Origin: Eledone cirrhosa
Taxonomy: Eukaryota
Assembly (NCBI GenBank): GCA_964016885.1
Contig: OZ024741.1
Location: 368,218,001-368,282,000 of the forward strand
Direction of reading: 5' to 3'
DNA: 64,000 nt
Shown here: positions 38,401 through 52,300 of the stretch, piece after piece
Layout of the letters: every line of letters begins with the position of its first letter
Position numbering within the stretch: position 1 is the stretch's first letter
Notes under the pieces: generated by a model
The model's database searches: none
What the model was told of the DNA's origin: nothing
What the model saw: only the letters and a program-made list of their open reading frames with translations
Made by a program: the position numbers and the translations under genes

Positions 38401-41400
38401 GAATTGAACATACCTATTTCTGTAAGACACTTCAGAGTTACATTTCGGAACATTGGTACATTCAAGAACTATATTAAAATTTAAAAAATAAAAAGAGAAA
38501 AGTAGAAAAATCTCATTTATCTGACTGGATTAATTAATTGCTATTTAAAGATATTAACAAATACTAAAAAAAACAAATGATCATTAAATATAGTGACATT
38601 TTCATTTACGAATAGAAATGCTCTTTCAACATTTCCCATAATTTTGAAAATAATCAAGAATTTGGAAAGATTTAGTAATATAATTAACTTGGTATTTGGA
38701 ACATAAGAAAAGTTACATAAAATTATGATGAAAGGATTTTAGATAAACATTTTAAAACAAATAGTTTTGAGTCATAGACTCGTGGCAGTTTGGTATCAAA
38801 AAGGTTAATGACTAAGAATTTAAAATGATAATATTCATATGCTTTATGAAGAGCAAGAACAGAACCATGGCTGTTGGCTTGCATAGACTGTTGAGAATAT
38901 GATTTTTGTTGAGTTTCAATTTGGGTAGCGTGATTTATGAGTAAAGAAACAGTAGGGTTTAATGAAAGAAAACAAACGTAGGCCTGGCCAAAGGTGGTAT
39001 GCAGTTTGTTAGGTCAATTAAACAAAGAACATTGTAATTGTTGTGTAGGAAGCAGTGAGAAATAGGCAGGAGTCTAGAAAGGAGTTAATATTTGGAGTAT
39101 GTTGCTGAGTAAATCAGCTACACCTTTTTGTGAATCTAGCCAGGGATGTTTGTGTGCATGTATCATCATTTTATCAATCAGCTAAACCACTCTTTTGTGA
39201 AACTAGCCAGGGATGTTTGTGTGCATGTATCATCAGTACTGTCTCAGTTAATCTATCTATATATATAAAACAGACGATGTGTGTCTGTCTGTCTGTGTAA
39301 ATCCCTAAAACTTGAGAAGTACCCGACTGATTTTTTTCAAACTTTACACGTGTGTGTTTGAAGTGCAATGGGCTAAACATTTAAAAAACTTTTTTCTGCT
39401 CTAGGGCCTGCATTAGGCGAAAAACCTCATTTTAAAGGCATTTTTAGGCTCTTTTGAGGCGTAACTTAAAAATAATCCAGCCAATTTCCTCGAAATTTTC
39501 AGTACACATTAGTTAGTCCCCTTTCATTGCTGTGGACAGAAAAATAATTTCCGATTCCATCAATGGTTTCTAGGAAATTTACGAATTAGCATTGGGCATT
39601 ACATGCTGTTTTCCTTTTCAATATAAACACTACTTAAACATTGTAAGTAGCGTATAATATTTCGTTAAAAATTTGTTTTATTTAACAGAGGACACAACAC
39701 TTACTTTTAAACAGGACCATTTTCGGGGGATTGAGGAAATGAGGACCTTAAAATTTTTGTTGATACTTCGTGCTTCCATCACGCGCAAATCTGCGGCCTG
39801 TGTACATTGCCGTGTTATTGACACCGTAAAACTCACGTCTGTGCTACTTCTACTAAGACCCCTTTTGTTGCACCTACACCGCAGTATGAACGCCCTGCGC
39901 CGAACAGCGGTTGTGCTAATTCCGCAGTGACCCCTTTTGTTGCTGTGTAAACGCAGTGCCACCCAGCGTTTCTGCTAATTACACTATGACCCCCTTCTGC
40001 TGCAGCTATGTTGCCATGCTGATTTCGTCATCTCAATATCCCTACTTGGTTTTCACACAATTAACTTTGTCGCTCCTCCAGACTGATGTGTGTTCCCCAT
40101 CTGTGACGTAATTCGTGAACAGACTTACGACATACATCGCCCCACAACACTTACTCCTTTCGCATACAGAATTTCCGCAATCAGCCCACTGACATTGCTA
40201 CTGGCACCCCTGCTCGAGATCAATCCTCCACTCATTTCAAGGAAAGTTGGTACGTACACTATACTTTTTTCACCAGTTTTAAGCAATTGCATTCACTACG
40301 ACGCCTTTCAATAGCCTAGCACTTCATTTACGCCCACTTTTAGTTTTCATTGTGGAGCATTAATTCTACTTACTTTGCCAGTTACAGTAGCTGACTGGGT
40401 GCGAATCTATAAAACTCAAAAAGTACCTAACCAATTTTCTCCAAATGGAAGAAAAATCATACTCTAAGATTTAGTACGCTTAGAGAGTATCCAGCTGATT
40501 TTCTTCAGATTTTGCACATGCATACAGATGTTTCACGATTCGAGCCTGCTGGTGTTCTACGTTTCCAGTAGATGAACAATCATTCCCTGAGAATAAGGGA
40601 ATTCAAAAAGTACACAGCTACATTCCTCAATCTTTGCATATGCGTATTGCTATTTCATGTTTCCTACCCCGTGCAACGCCGGGTCCTGCTGCTAGTGGAC
40701 TATACAAGTGGTGCACTAAAACTTTGTATGGAAAGGATGAACAGAAGATGAAGAGAGAAGTATTTTCTAGTTCTGAAGAAAAATCTTAATCTATGAAATG
40801 CAGTTTAAGCAATGTCATATATGTGATATCACAATGAATGACCAGAAATAATGAGGTCTAGAATTTGTATTGGCATCAAGAACATTATCTGTGTCATTCA
40901 TGCATCAAGGAATTACAGAAGAAAACTTTGTTCTTTGATATATATGTATAATGTATAGTGTATTACACCTTTAATAACATGTAAGGCAAACAAGATTCAC
41001 ATTTTACTTCAAAATTATTTACAAGAGAGATATGAAGACTGGCTTACTTTACAGATTAATGTAGTGATGAGTTTAGTTTCAAATATGTATCCTAAGGGAA
41101 TCCAGTTTAGAAACCTCAGCAGTGTTTCAAGATTGGAGCCAACCAAGGGAGCATTTTGTGAATTATCCTATTGAAAAGGAAAAAAAATCTTTAACATTCC
41201 TGCACTACATGAAACTGCATTAGCAAAACATTCTTGAAAAGTATAAAGTAGCACTTTGACTGCATCACATTAAACACTGAAGTCCTGACTTTAATATTGC
41301 AAATTTTCACAATGATCTGTCCAGCAGTAAAGATACTAAAAATATATGAATGAACAAACCCACTTTCTGCTAAATAATTACATGATGTTATGAGTTAAAT

Positions 41401-43043
41401 AGTCAAATCAAATCAATTAGCACAAACAATTCATATTTCTAGGACAAATTTATGCTAGTCATCATCATCATGTATAAAAAACAAATGAAAAACTATAGCA
41501 ACACAATGAAAGTTATTCATGAAATTCCTCCAAACTTTCAACCATTTTAAAGTAAAATACAATTTGTAAACATAGTTTAAGATCATTGTGATAATGTTTG
41601 AATGTGATTACTGACCACCATTCTAACTATTTAGTGGTAGATGTCTATAAATTACCTAAATATATATATACACACACACTTGAAAAGAAAGGTATAAAAT
41701 GTATAAACTGAAAATCACATCATACCATCACAAACTGGCACAACTGAAAGATCTGTGAAAATTCACTACACATACTGTCCTTTAGATGTTTAGCTTTTGC
41801 TTGGGTCATTTGACCACTGGAAAAATCAAATACCTCTTCACTGAAAAACAAAAGCACAATATTATATAAGTGTTCTAGCTGTAATACCTCCTACCCCCAT
41901 CTTAAAAAGAAAAAATATACATTGTCTTAAACAAAATGCCAGAGGGGAGCATTCTCTTTGAAAAGTTCAAATTCCAATACAAAGAATAACATGAGACTCA
42001 ACAATATATCTATCATGTTACACTGATACAGAATAGAGACCAGGTTGTGGATGCAGCATAGCTAAATGGTTAAGAGGTTTGTATTGCAGTAATTAGGTCC
42101 CATGTTTGATCCAACTGCACCTCAGGCAAGTGTCATTTACCATAGCCTTGGTTCGACCCATGCCTTATGAGGAAAATTGGGGAACTGTCAGATAGACTGT
42201 GCCTGTAATTCAAAGAGCCACCTTACCACACACTGTCATGTTTTTCATGAATTTCCCTGAGAATTACGTTATGGGTACATGTGTGTGAGATGCTCAGGCA
42301 TTTACACGTTAATTTCAGGAACATGCTGCTTTGTTGGTTGAACATCTAGAACACTTATCGTCAAAACTGATAAAAGTCAATTTATCAAGTGTCCAGGAAC
42401 AATATAAATAGGAAAGCAGACAAAGAAAGAAGGAAATTGAAAAAGTAAAACAGTAAACTATACTAACCTCAATAGTTTCAAAATAGTCATATTATTTTGG
42501 CACAATGACTCATTTGTCTTACTGGCACCAACAATATCACTTATGAAAGATGGCCAGTTTCTTGGCCATTCATATTTCAAAATCTAACAAAAGCAAAAAG
42601 CAAAAAAAAAAAAATAAATAAATAAATATACAAGTATTTTATTCATTTTCAGTATCCTCATTTAATGTATATTTTCCATACTAGCAAGGGTTGGAAGGAT
42701 CATAGACTGGGTGAGTACTCAAGCGAAGCTACTGATCTCACAGGTGGACGGGAGGCCTGTACCTTGCTTACATACGTCACAAAACTCTGCTGACCGTAAG
42801 AAGCTTAACTTCACAACAGAAATGACAAAGGACTGCAAGCATTAGTAGCATGCTTGCCCGATGAAGACCTGCCTACCAAATCTGTGCCAAAAATCTAAAT
42901 TGTTAAATTATAATTCATGTATCACAAATTAAAGACTGCCAACTACTCACAAAAGGGTGGAATGTGAGTAAATGTTCTAAATTATTTTCAATCACATCAG
43001 AAATGAGCGTTCTCTGTCAACAGCGTTGTTTTTCTGTCTCTCT

Positions 43044-43074
<31 letters not shown>

Positions 43075-43363
43075 ATTTACAGAAACCCAAGAAGCTAGAT
43101 TTAACACCTTTCTAGTGGGTCCGGGTATGATTTTACATTCATTTAAATTATTGATGTATTGTTTTATTGATATTTTTTATCTGATTGTCCCGAATCTTCT
43201 ATTATCGATTTTTTATCGTATGGTTGATTTTAGACTTGTTCTATGTGTGACGGTATTTTAACGATAGTTATAGCTCTGATTCATCTGAATTATTGAGCCC
43301 TCTGCCGCTCATTTCGAATATTGTTTATCGTGAACTTGTGCGCCGATTTTTCGATACTCGATC

Positions 43364-43395
<32 letters not shown>

Positions 43396-46300
43396 GGAAA
43401 TGGAACTTTACAAATATTTTATATGAATAACAATTTCATTAAATTAGCAAATAGCTTGCACGAAAATTATTGATAATAGGAGTAGGTATGGTTGCATAGT
43501 TAAGGACTGCTTCACAACCAGGTATTTCAGGTTCAGCCCCACAGCACAGCAACTTGGGCAAGTGTCTTCTGCTATAGTTGACTAATTCTTTGAGTGAAAT
43601 TTGGTAGACAGAAATTGTGTGGAAGCCCATCATATATGTATGTGTGTACATGTCTACATTTACTGTTTGTTTAAATTCTGTAACTTGGTGGCTTGACAAA
43701 CGAGATTGATAAAAGAAGTATCAAGCTTTAAAAAATTACTGGGGTCAAATATTAATTAAATCCTTTCAAGGCAGTGTCCCGCTGTTTAATGATTGAAACC
43801 AGTAAATGTAAAAGAAAAAAAAAAGAATTCCTATTACATAATATGAAAAAAACAACAGCGATATTTTCAGTTGACTTACCTGAACTAAAATCATGTTTAA
43901 TTTTCCGAGGTACACCTTCTCCTTCTCCAAAAGTTGCTGCTCAGATGAGGTTTTGATAATTAAACCAACAATATACTTTTTAATACCTAAATAAATACAA
44001 AGTATAATTTGTGAGAAAGAAATATCTGTGTAATCCCCCCAATGTCTGGAACTCCCCACTTATGTAATATAGAAAAAACCCTAAATATACTTAACCTTTT
44101 GTTACTAAATTTCTAATGTGTTTCATAGGCTAGCTTCATATGGGATTGCCAAATATTTTACAATAACAGAAAACTGATGCAATGTTGATGACAAATATAA
44201 AGAGAAGAGAAAAAAGACATAGTCAAACAATGAACAACATATTCATGCAAATATGCCAATATTCTATAGCAGGAAGATGATATGAATGAGATAGTTTTAA
44301 TTACAAGACAGATTGTTAAGACAAATGAGGAAGTTGTGGAGAAATGTAAACAAAATGGTAGAAATACATTTGACCAGAATGGAAACAACTTGGCAAGACA
44401 ACATCACGGTGAGGGGATAATAAAAGACATAGCCGAGCCCTAACAGAAATTAAAAAGAAAGATAGTGCTAATCCTCATCATCACCATTCAATGCCTACTT
44501 TCCTTCCTAGCAAGGGATGGATGAGATATCACAGGCCAAGCCAGTACTTAGCTATCGACCTCTCAAAAAAGCTCAGAGCCAAATCTGGCTTACAAACGTT
44601 CTTGAACTCTACAGAGAGTACTGGGTGTGTTTTCTTGTGGCACCAGCCCTTTGTTTAGCAGGTTTTCTACAGCTGGATGCCCTTCCTATCACCAACCACT
44701 TTACAGAGTGTATTTGGGATAGAATTAATGTTTACACCTAAAAAACTCGTTTCTTGAAGAGAGAGGCTTCTCGTGAGTGGTTATAATTCCATCAAATGTG
44801 TGCTTGCAGCTGGGAACTTTTTGAATGGAATGGTGGTTAATCAATTACAAAATGGAACAAACTCATTAGGTCATTCCAGAGTGGGGTAGCTGTAAGATCT
44901 TGCCAACTTGCAACATTTTCTCGGCCCTCTTTGAAAGCTTTGTCACTTAAAAATCTTATTTCTAGATAAAGTGGCATTTCGTAAAGCTTGCGTTAAAAAA
45001 TTTAATGTTTTGTGTGGCAGATTTGTTGAGTTTCACAAAAAAATTGATTGCGTAACACTGTTTGATATTTTCCTGCACCGCAAACGTAACAGATGTTATA
45101 AACATGTCTGAAGATAAACAACAATAACTCACGACTGACTCAATCAATTGTTGAAACAAGTATGTATGTACAAACAAGGTCATAATCAACACACATATAC
45201 ATCAATGAGGTGCTGTGTTACCATGTCGTACATAGGAAAATCAGTACCTTACTTTTGGGACAAACCTCATATATAATATATATAAAAAATGTTTGATTAG
45301 ACTTAATGATTGTGTAATTGTGCACATGTATATTTTTGTTTAGCCATTTTGATATCAAACCACCAGAAATATGATCACGAAAGAAAGTATTTATATTTAT
45401 CTATAAAACAAACAACTCTTCTATTGTAACTTTATTTAAGAATTGTTAAATTATGCTCCAAACACAAGATAAATACGAGAAAATTAGTTATATTACTAAA
45501 GACCTCCAAATCATTGACATTTCAATCATAGGCACATTAGGTTAAATACAATTAAAAAATTGTGGAAAATAAAACTAGACTCAAGGTGTTAAAGGATAAG
45601 AAAACTAATTAAACAAAACACAATTTTTACAGCTATTCTTTTATTTACTCCATATGTGTGAAAAAAGTAAAGCCAATCACAACATGATTCCAGACCATGA
45701 AGGTTAAACTAAAAAAAATTTTTTTAGTCCAGAATTCTATATTATAATAACTGTGCTGTCTAAGCTTGTCTGTCACACAGAATGCTACAATCCGTTGAAA
45801 TCAAACATTTTTATTTAGAGGGGCGGGGAAGGACGGAAAATGTAAAATAATTGTTTCTACTTTTAGCACGAGGCCAGCAATTATCCCAGTGCATTACTGG
45901 TACTTTATTTTATTGACCCTGTAAGGATCAAAGGCAAAGTTAACCTCGACGGGATTTGAACTCAGACCGTAAAGGGACCTAACTATGCTGCAAAGCATGG
46001 CGTCTGACCCTCTACCAATACATGTAAAATAATGCTTTTGATCGTTCCAGAAAACAGCATGGTATACATGTCTACAGTCTCTTTCTCTCAGTATTGATGG
46101 CTGTGAGCATGACACTGTGAACACAGGCAAAACTCCAGATTAACAGATCACTGACTCAAGCATAATAAAAATTATATATATAATAAACTAACAGCTTTGC
46201 TAAAGTTTGAAGAAACAGAATATTACATATGCTGCCTGTAAAAACAATAGGTTGGGTTATGTACTGGTAATGAATAAATAAAACATTATCATAAATGCAA

Positions 46301-49300
46301 TACATTAATGATATATATTGTTAGATTTAATGATATCGTGAGCAGTAGAATGAATTAAGAGAATAAAAGCTACTCAAAGCTGTCAGATGCTAGTGCTGGT
46401 GCCACAAAAACGCTCTCAGTACATACTGGCATTAGAAAGGGCATCCAGCCATAGAAAACCAAGTCAAAAACAGAACATATGAGCAAGACATGGTCATCCG
46501 ACCTGTCTGACTTCATAATATGACAGCCCACCTAACCTATGCAAGCATGAAAAATAGACATTAAACAGTGATTCCTCTGCCAACAACAAAATAAATAATC
46601 TCTAATATATGATGATTAGTGATCAACAAGATTTTGGATTTGCCATATTCTATTAAATCTTTTGATACCAAATTGCCTGAACTGTCTCTGGTTCTATGAT
46701 ACAATGCTGTTTATATTTATCTAAAAAAACTTTCCATCGTAATTCCATGAGAACTTTTGTTATGGTTGTCAATAAGCCATGCAATTATTTACACAGCTTT
46801 CTCATAGTCCTAAATTAATTATTTCTCATGCTTAAAGATAATCAAAATTGTTTGAATTTGAAAAGCAAAGAATTTACAAATTTTTTTTATTATTTTGTAA
46901 TTATTCCAGCTGTAAAACAATGGGTTTGGTTATGTACTAGTAATTAATAAAATAAAACATTATCATAAAATGATATAATAAATTGATGTGCAGCTATTTC
47001 AAGAACAATAGTTTTGTAGTTACCATACATATAATTTTCATTGAAACAACAGTGAGGTGTAAATAAATCCCTTAAAACTGTGCCCAAATGCTACTCAAAG
47101 ACAAGCCTGAATTCCTAGGACATGTATAACACAGATGGCATTGTAGTGGTAGTTATGTACAAAAAGTTAAACAAACAATAACTTTCTATACATAACTACC
47201 AAATGTTTTGTTTTAACTATTGTATTTTCCAATGTCATCATGGTTATGATGTCTGCTTTCTACTTTAGCTTGAGTTAAATGGGTCACCAGTCTGGGAATG
47301 GATGGGTAAGAGAAACCACACCTTGCTCATAGATTCAATATTTTGGCATGGTTCTTAATGCCAACTACTTTGCAGAGCATAATAGGTGCATTTTATTGTG
47401 GCACCAACATTACCATTTTACACAATGAACTAAGTGTATAAGCCTTTTTTTGTTTTACTCAAAAATTTCATGCTAAAATCTGTCTGTCAAAGGTATGGAT
47501 ATAATAATAATATAGGTGAAAGCATTTGCAAATATACAGCAGTTACTGCTCAGTGTGGCGTAAAATAACTATTTTGTACCGAGAACACTCTTTTTTAAAA
47601 ATAGGTCAAAATTTTGTTCAATCAAAATCTTTTAAATACCACTATAACTTTTCTTCAAAGCAAGGGTGTAACTTATAAGTAAAAAAAATATGGTAGCTAA
47701 AGTCAGGGCAAGATATACAAGGACTTTCCATGCAATTAACACCCAGACTACACTAATACTGTTTGTATTGAAACCAAATACATGCCGTAGTTACTCAAAT
47801 GTTTCCTCTATGCAATATGTTAGTGGTTCCAACTTTTTCACTCTTAAGGAGCCCTATGATTTTTCACACAAACTAAATTACTCGCCTTACAAGCATGGTT
47901 TGGGTTCAATCTTTCTTCTAGATAGAGTATAAGTTGGCATCAAGAATGGCATCTGGCTATAGAAAACATGCTTCAAAAAGTCTCATTTAACACTTGAAAG
48001 CATGGAAAAAGTAGATGCAAATATGACGACAAAATTGATATTTTTACAAGCTCTGCACAATTTCCGTCTACCAGCCTCACTCATAAGGCATTGGTCATAC
48101 CAAGATGCCATGCAGTGGGACTGAACCCAAAACCATGCAATTGCAAAGTGAACTTGACCAGATTCTTGATAAGATATACTAAAATATTCTGTCAAAAGAA
48201 TTACAATGGAAAAAACTAAATAGTTAGATGTAAGATAGAAAATTACATAGACGATTTTAAATTGAACTGGCCAAATAATTATATAAAATGTTTCTTGCTA
48301 TCATATAAAAAAAAAAACTAGCTGAGGTACCCAGCTTTGACAGGAAGAACAATTAAGAGAAGACGGATAAAAGAGAAACCAACTGTATTGGATGTGTTGT
48401 CTGGTATGAGGTGAGACCGTAATGTGTGTGTGTGAGAAAGAGACAAAAAAACAAAACAATCATAAAAATTCCTTATTAGGCTGGGGTAGTAAACTGCCGA
48501 TTAAATGGTAGCATTGGTCTTGGATTTTAAATGTGAAATAACCATAGTCAGTATGATCTTTTTCAGCTCCAAAGGACGTCATCTGAAACACAGCTTCTGA
48601 AGTGTTTAGCTTTGTTAGTACGGTCTGTAAGTAGTATATGCTTAAAAGCTGGAGAGTAAATTAATTTCAAATAGTATAAATTTTTCTTTGTTCTGTAAAA
48701 TCAAAGATTGTAAAACGACTTTATAAAAGCTAACGCAAAGGATCATCATCATCATCAACGTTTAACGTCCGTGTTCCACGCTTGCATGGGTTTGGACGGG
48801 GGTTTTCCCACTTGAGGCAAGAGTGATTATCTTGCTCGCATAGGACTATCTGGCAGGTTTTCTACAGCTGGATGCCCTTCCTAACACCAACCACATTTAC
48901 AGTGTGGGGCTGGGAGGTTTTTACTGTGTTGCCTACACGGCCACATTACAGCGTGAACTGTGTGTTTTTTTTGTCGTGACACCTACACGATCTCATTTGT
49001 TTCGGCCTGGATGTTGTGGCACCAACATAACTTTACATTGAAAGGGGCGGTGTGGATGGGGTGGGGGTGGTGTATTTTGTTAGAGATGCCTACTGACTGT
49101 AGTAGGTTTTACTTTGTATTTAGGTAAGGCGGGTCTTCTCTATTACTGAGTACCGCCAAAGGTCTCGGTCCAGTGACATCGTCTTGGTGAGGTGTAAGTG
49201 TGTGAGGTCAGAATTTATCAGCTCGTCCCAGGTCTTTCTGGGTCTGCCTATTCCGTGGCTACCGTCTATCTTTATTGCCCTGCACTTTGTTATACAGCTA

Positions 49301-52300
49301 TCGTCTTTCATGCGCATCACGTGACCATACCAACGTAGCCTTCTCTCGAATAAACAACATCTGATCCCTCTTATTTCTAATTTGTTTTCCTTAGTTCGTT
49401 TATGCTTTGCCGTTCACGTATATTACTATTACACATCCAGCGGAGCATGCAAGCTTCGTTTCTCTCTAGTCTGCGTATATCCTATGCACACAATGCCCAG
49501 GTCTCACTGCCATGCAACATTGCTGTTCGTATGCAGGCATCATACAACCCGCCTTTCATTTTTAGGGAGAACCCTTTAGCGGCTAATAGTGGTATAAGCT
49601 CTCTGAACTTTTTCCATCCAGTTCTGACTCTAGCTACTGTACTTTCAGAGCACCCTCCCCCACTGCTGATTTTGTCGCCCAGGTAACGGAAGCTGTCCAC
49701 TATTTCTATAGAACCCTCTGCGCAGTTGAAAGAGCTAGTATTTTGTGGGCACTTGCTGCTACTTATTGCACCAGAGCACCGGCCACATGTAAAATCTATG
49801 TTCTTAGTTAGCTTACCTGTGATCCCACTACATCTTTTATGCACCCATACTTTGCATTTGGGACACAAAATGGAGTTTCTACCTACGCCTTTCCTACACA
49901 CCGAGCATGGCCACTTCCCGGAAGGGACCGCCGCCTTATTTTCTTTCTTACAAACTAGAACTTTAGTCTTAGCCAGGTTAATTTTAAGGCCTTTTGATTC
50001 TAGGCCGTGCTTCCATGTTTGGAATTTCTTCTCTAGCTCGGCCATTGATTCAGCTATGAGTGTTAGGTCATCTGCGTATAGGAGTTCCCATGCGCAACCG
50101 GTCTTGAACTCCTCTGTTATAGCCTGAAGGGCAATAATAAATAGTAGGGGGCTGAGAACAGAGCCCTGATGGACGCCAACTTTTACGCTAAACTCTTCAC
50201 TATATTCGTTGTTAATTCTAACCTTGCTGACTGTTTCTTTATACATGGCTTGTATAGCTCTCACAAGCCATTCATCAACACCTAGTTTTCTAAAAGCCCA
50301 CCAGATAATGGAACGGGGGACTCTGTCGAAGGCTTTCTCCAAGTCGACAAAAGCTAAGTATAGGGGTTTACTTTTAGCTAGGTACTTCTCCTGTAGTTGT
50401 CGTACAATGAAAAGAGCGTTTGTGGTACTTTTGCCTGACACAAACCCGAACTGCATTTCATCTAGATCAATTCTCTCTCTGATTAGTTGCGCTATTACTT
50501 TTTCCGTGAAGGATCTATAGTTTAAGCCGTTTCTAGACTTTCGTGGGACGTTACTATCTCTCTCTCTGAATATCTAACACTTTAATTGTATCTCTCTTTC
50601 TGCCTCTCCCTCTGTCTCTTTAGATGTATGTATTTGTGTGTGTGTGTGTGTGTGTAGTTTTCGTGTGATTCAACCAATCACCCAACTAACCAATAAACAT
50701 CTTTCTTTTATATTATATATATATAACCTCTTTTATAAGCCAAGGCAGCTAATCAACACATTTAGATGGCATGTTTTTGAAATTCTCATGAGTATAATGA
50801 AGTTTTAATATTTTAATAAAGTGTTGTTTAGAGCAGTGATTCTCAACATAAGCCTAAGAAATTTTTTAATGACCAAGGAAAATAGGTGGGCTTTGAAATT
50901 CTATTTTTTTTTTTCCACAGGCATAAAATTATGAAAACGCAAACTGCTTTACTTTATTTTTAAAGGCAAATAATTCAGAAATTATTTAAATGAAATTTTC
51001 AATATTTTCTTATGAATCATATTTTTGAAACATCATAGGGTCTGAAATTTTTTTTGACACCAAAAATGGGCCACAAGCAAGAAATGGTTGAGAAAGACTG
51101 GTTTAGAGAAAATCTTTTTTTTCACAATTTCATTACGTAATGAGTTTCCATTAAGTTTCAACAAGTTTATCAAATTATTGTTTACTTCTGGCCATTCGAA
51201 AGCAAGAGATCGAATAAGAGAGCTTTGTATAGGGATTCATAGAGCAAGTGAGCGAGTGAAAGCAATAAAATCAAATCAGAGGATTGAAAGCAAAGAATAT
51301 TGGCAAAGAAGAACATGTATGTGTGTATGGGATATTTATGTATCAAAAAGTTTAAATTATAAAAAAATTGTTGGAAATATTTCCAAGGGAATGCACAGAT
51401 AACACCAACAATGATGTAGTAGATATAGAAAAACACTGTTTCATTGTAACATAATCACACCAGATATTTTAGTACCTTATTTTGAATATAAGCCGATTGT
51501 CCAATTTTACCATCAATTTTTTTGGTCACATATTCCTTGGATTATATTCAAATATGTACGGTTCATTTATAGACGAAGAATCTCAAATATATCAACTACA
51601 ATACATACTTGTGTATAAGTCACCTCTTTTCCCACAAAAAACAAAACAAAACAAAACCATTATTTAACTTTATGTTTTAAGTCCATTTCCCTCATAAGAC
51701 AGAAGTTAGCTTTGCAGACCCCAAGCAACGATCTACAGCAGGGTGCCTTTCCTGTGCCAACCTGTCATAGGGTAACTATTCTAAACCAGATATGCACAGC
51801 ACTACTGAATTAAGATACTAAACTAAACATCTGATTTTCAAATGTGATTTGCTTATGGTGTGGAAGTTGTAATATTTTACTCCTGTTACTAAGTTACTGT
51901 ACTAATGCTCAAAGTTTAGTATGATAATTATTTAGTAAAATGTAACATCAGAGAAATAGTCAAGTCAGACAAAAACATGGACATAAAAGCTACTTGTTAA
52001 GAACAAAGGTTATTCTAATAACAAAGTTGCTTTATTCATTCTTTTCAACACTAAAATTTCATACATCAACATATCCAAATTTTAACTATTATGCAATATT
52101 AAAACGAAAAGGTTCAAAATAGTTTTTCCATAAAAATGAGGACTATAGAAAAATCACACTGCCAGACTATAGAATATCCTAAAAAGTTTGTGTCTGTAGG
52201 TTCAATAATTTAATTTTAGTTGGTCAACACCTAATATCAATACATAAAGTTAGGGATATCTATCAACAGTAAAAATAAATACTACTGCCAAGTGGTGAAA

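Noticed and set aside
46236-46970. About 60-bp direct repeat at 46236 and 46910, plus small tandem duplications at about 5690-5820, 9790-9990 and 35880-36060
   Set aside because: Ordinary degenerate local duplications with no further structure.
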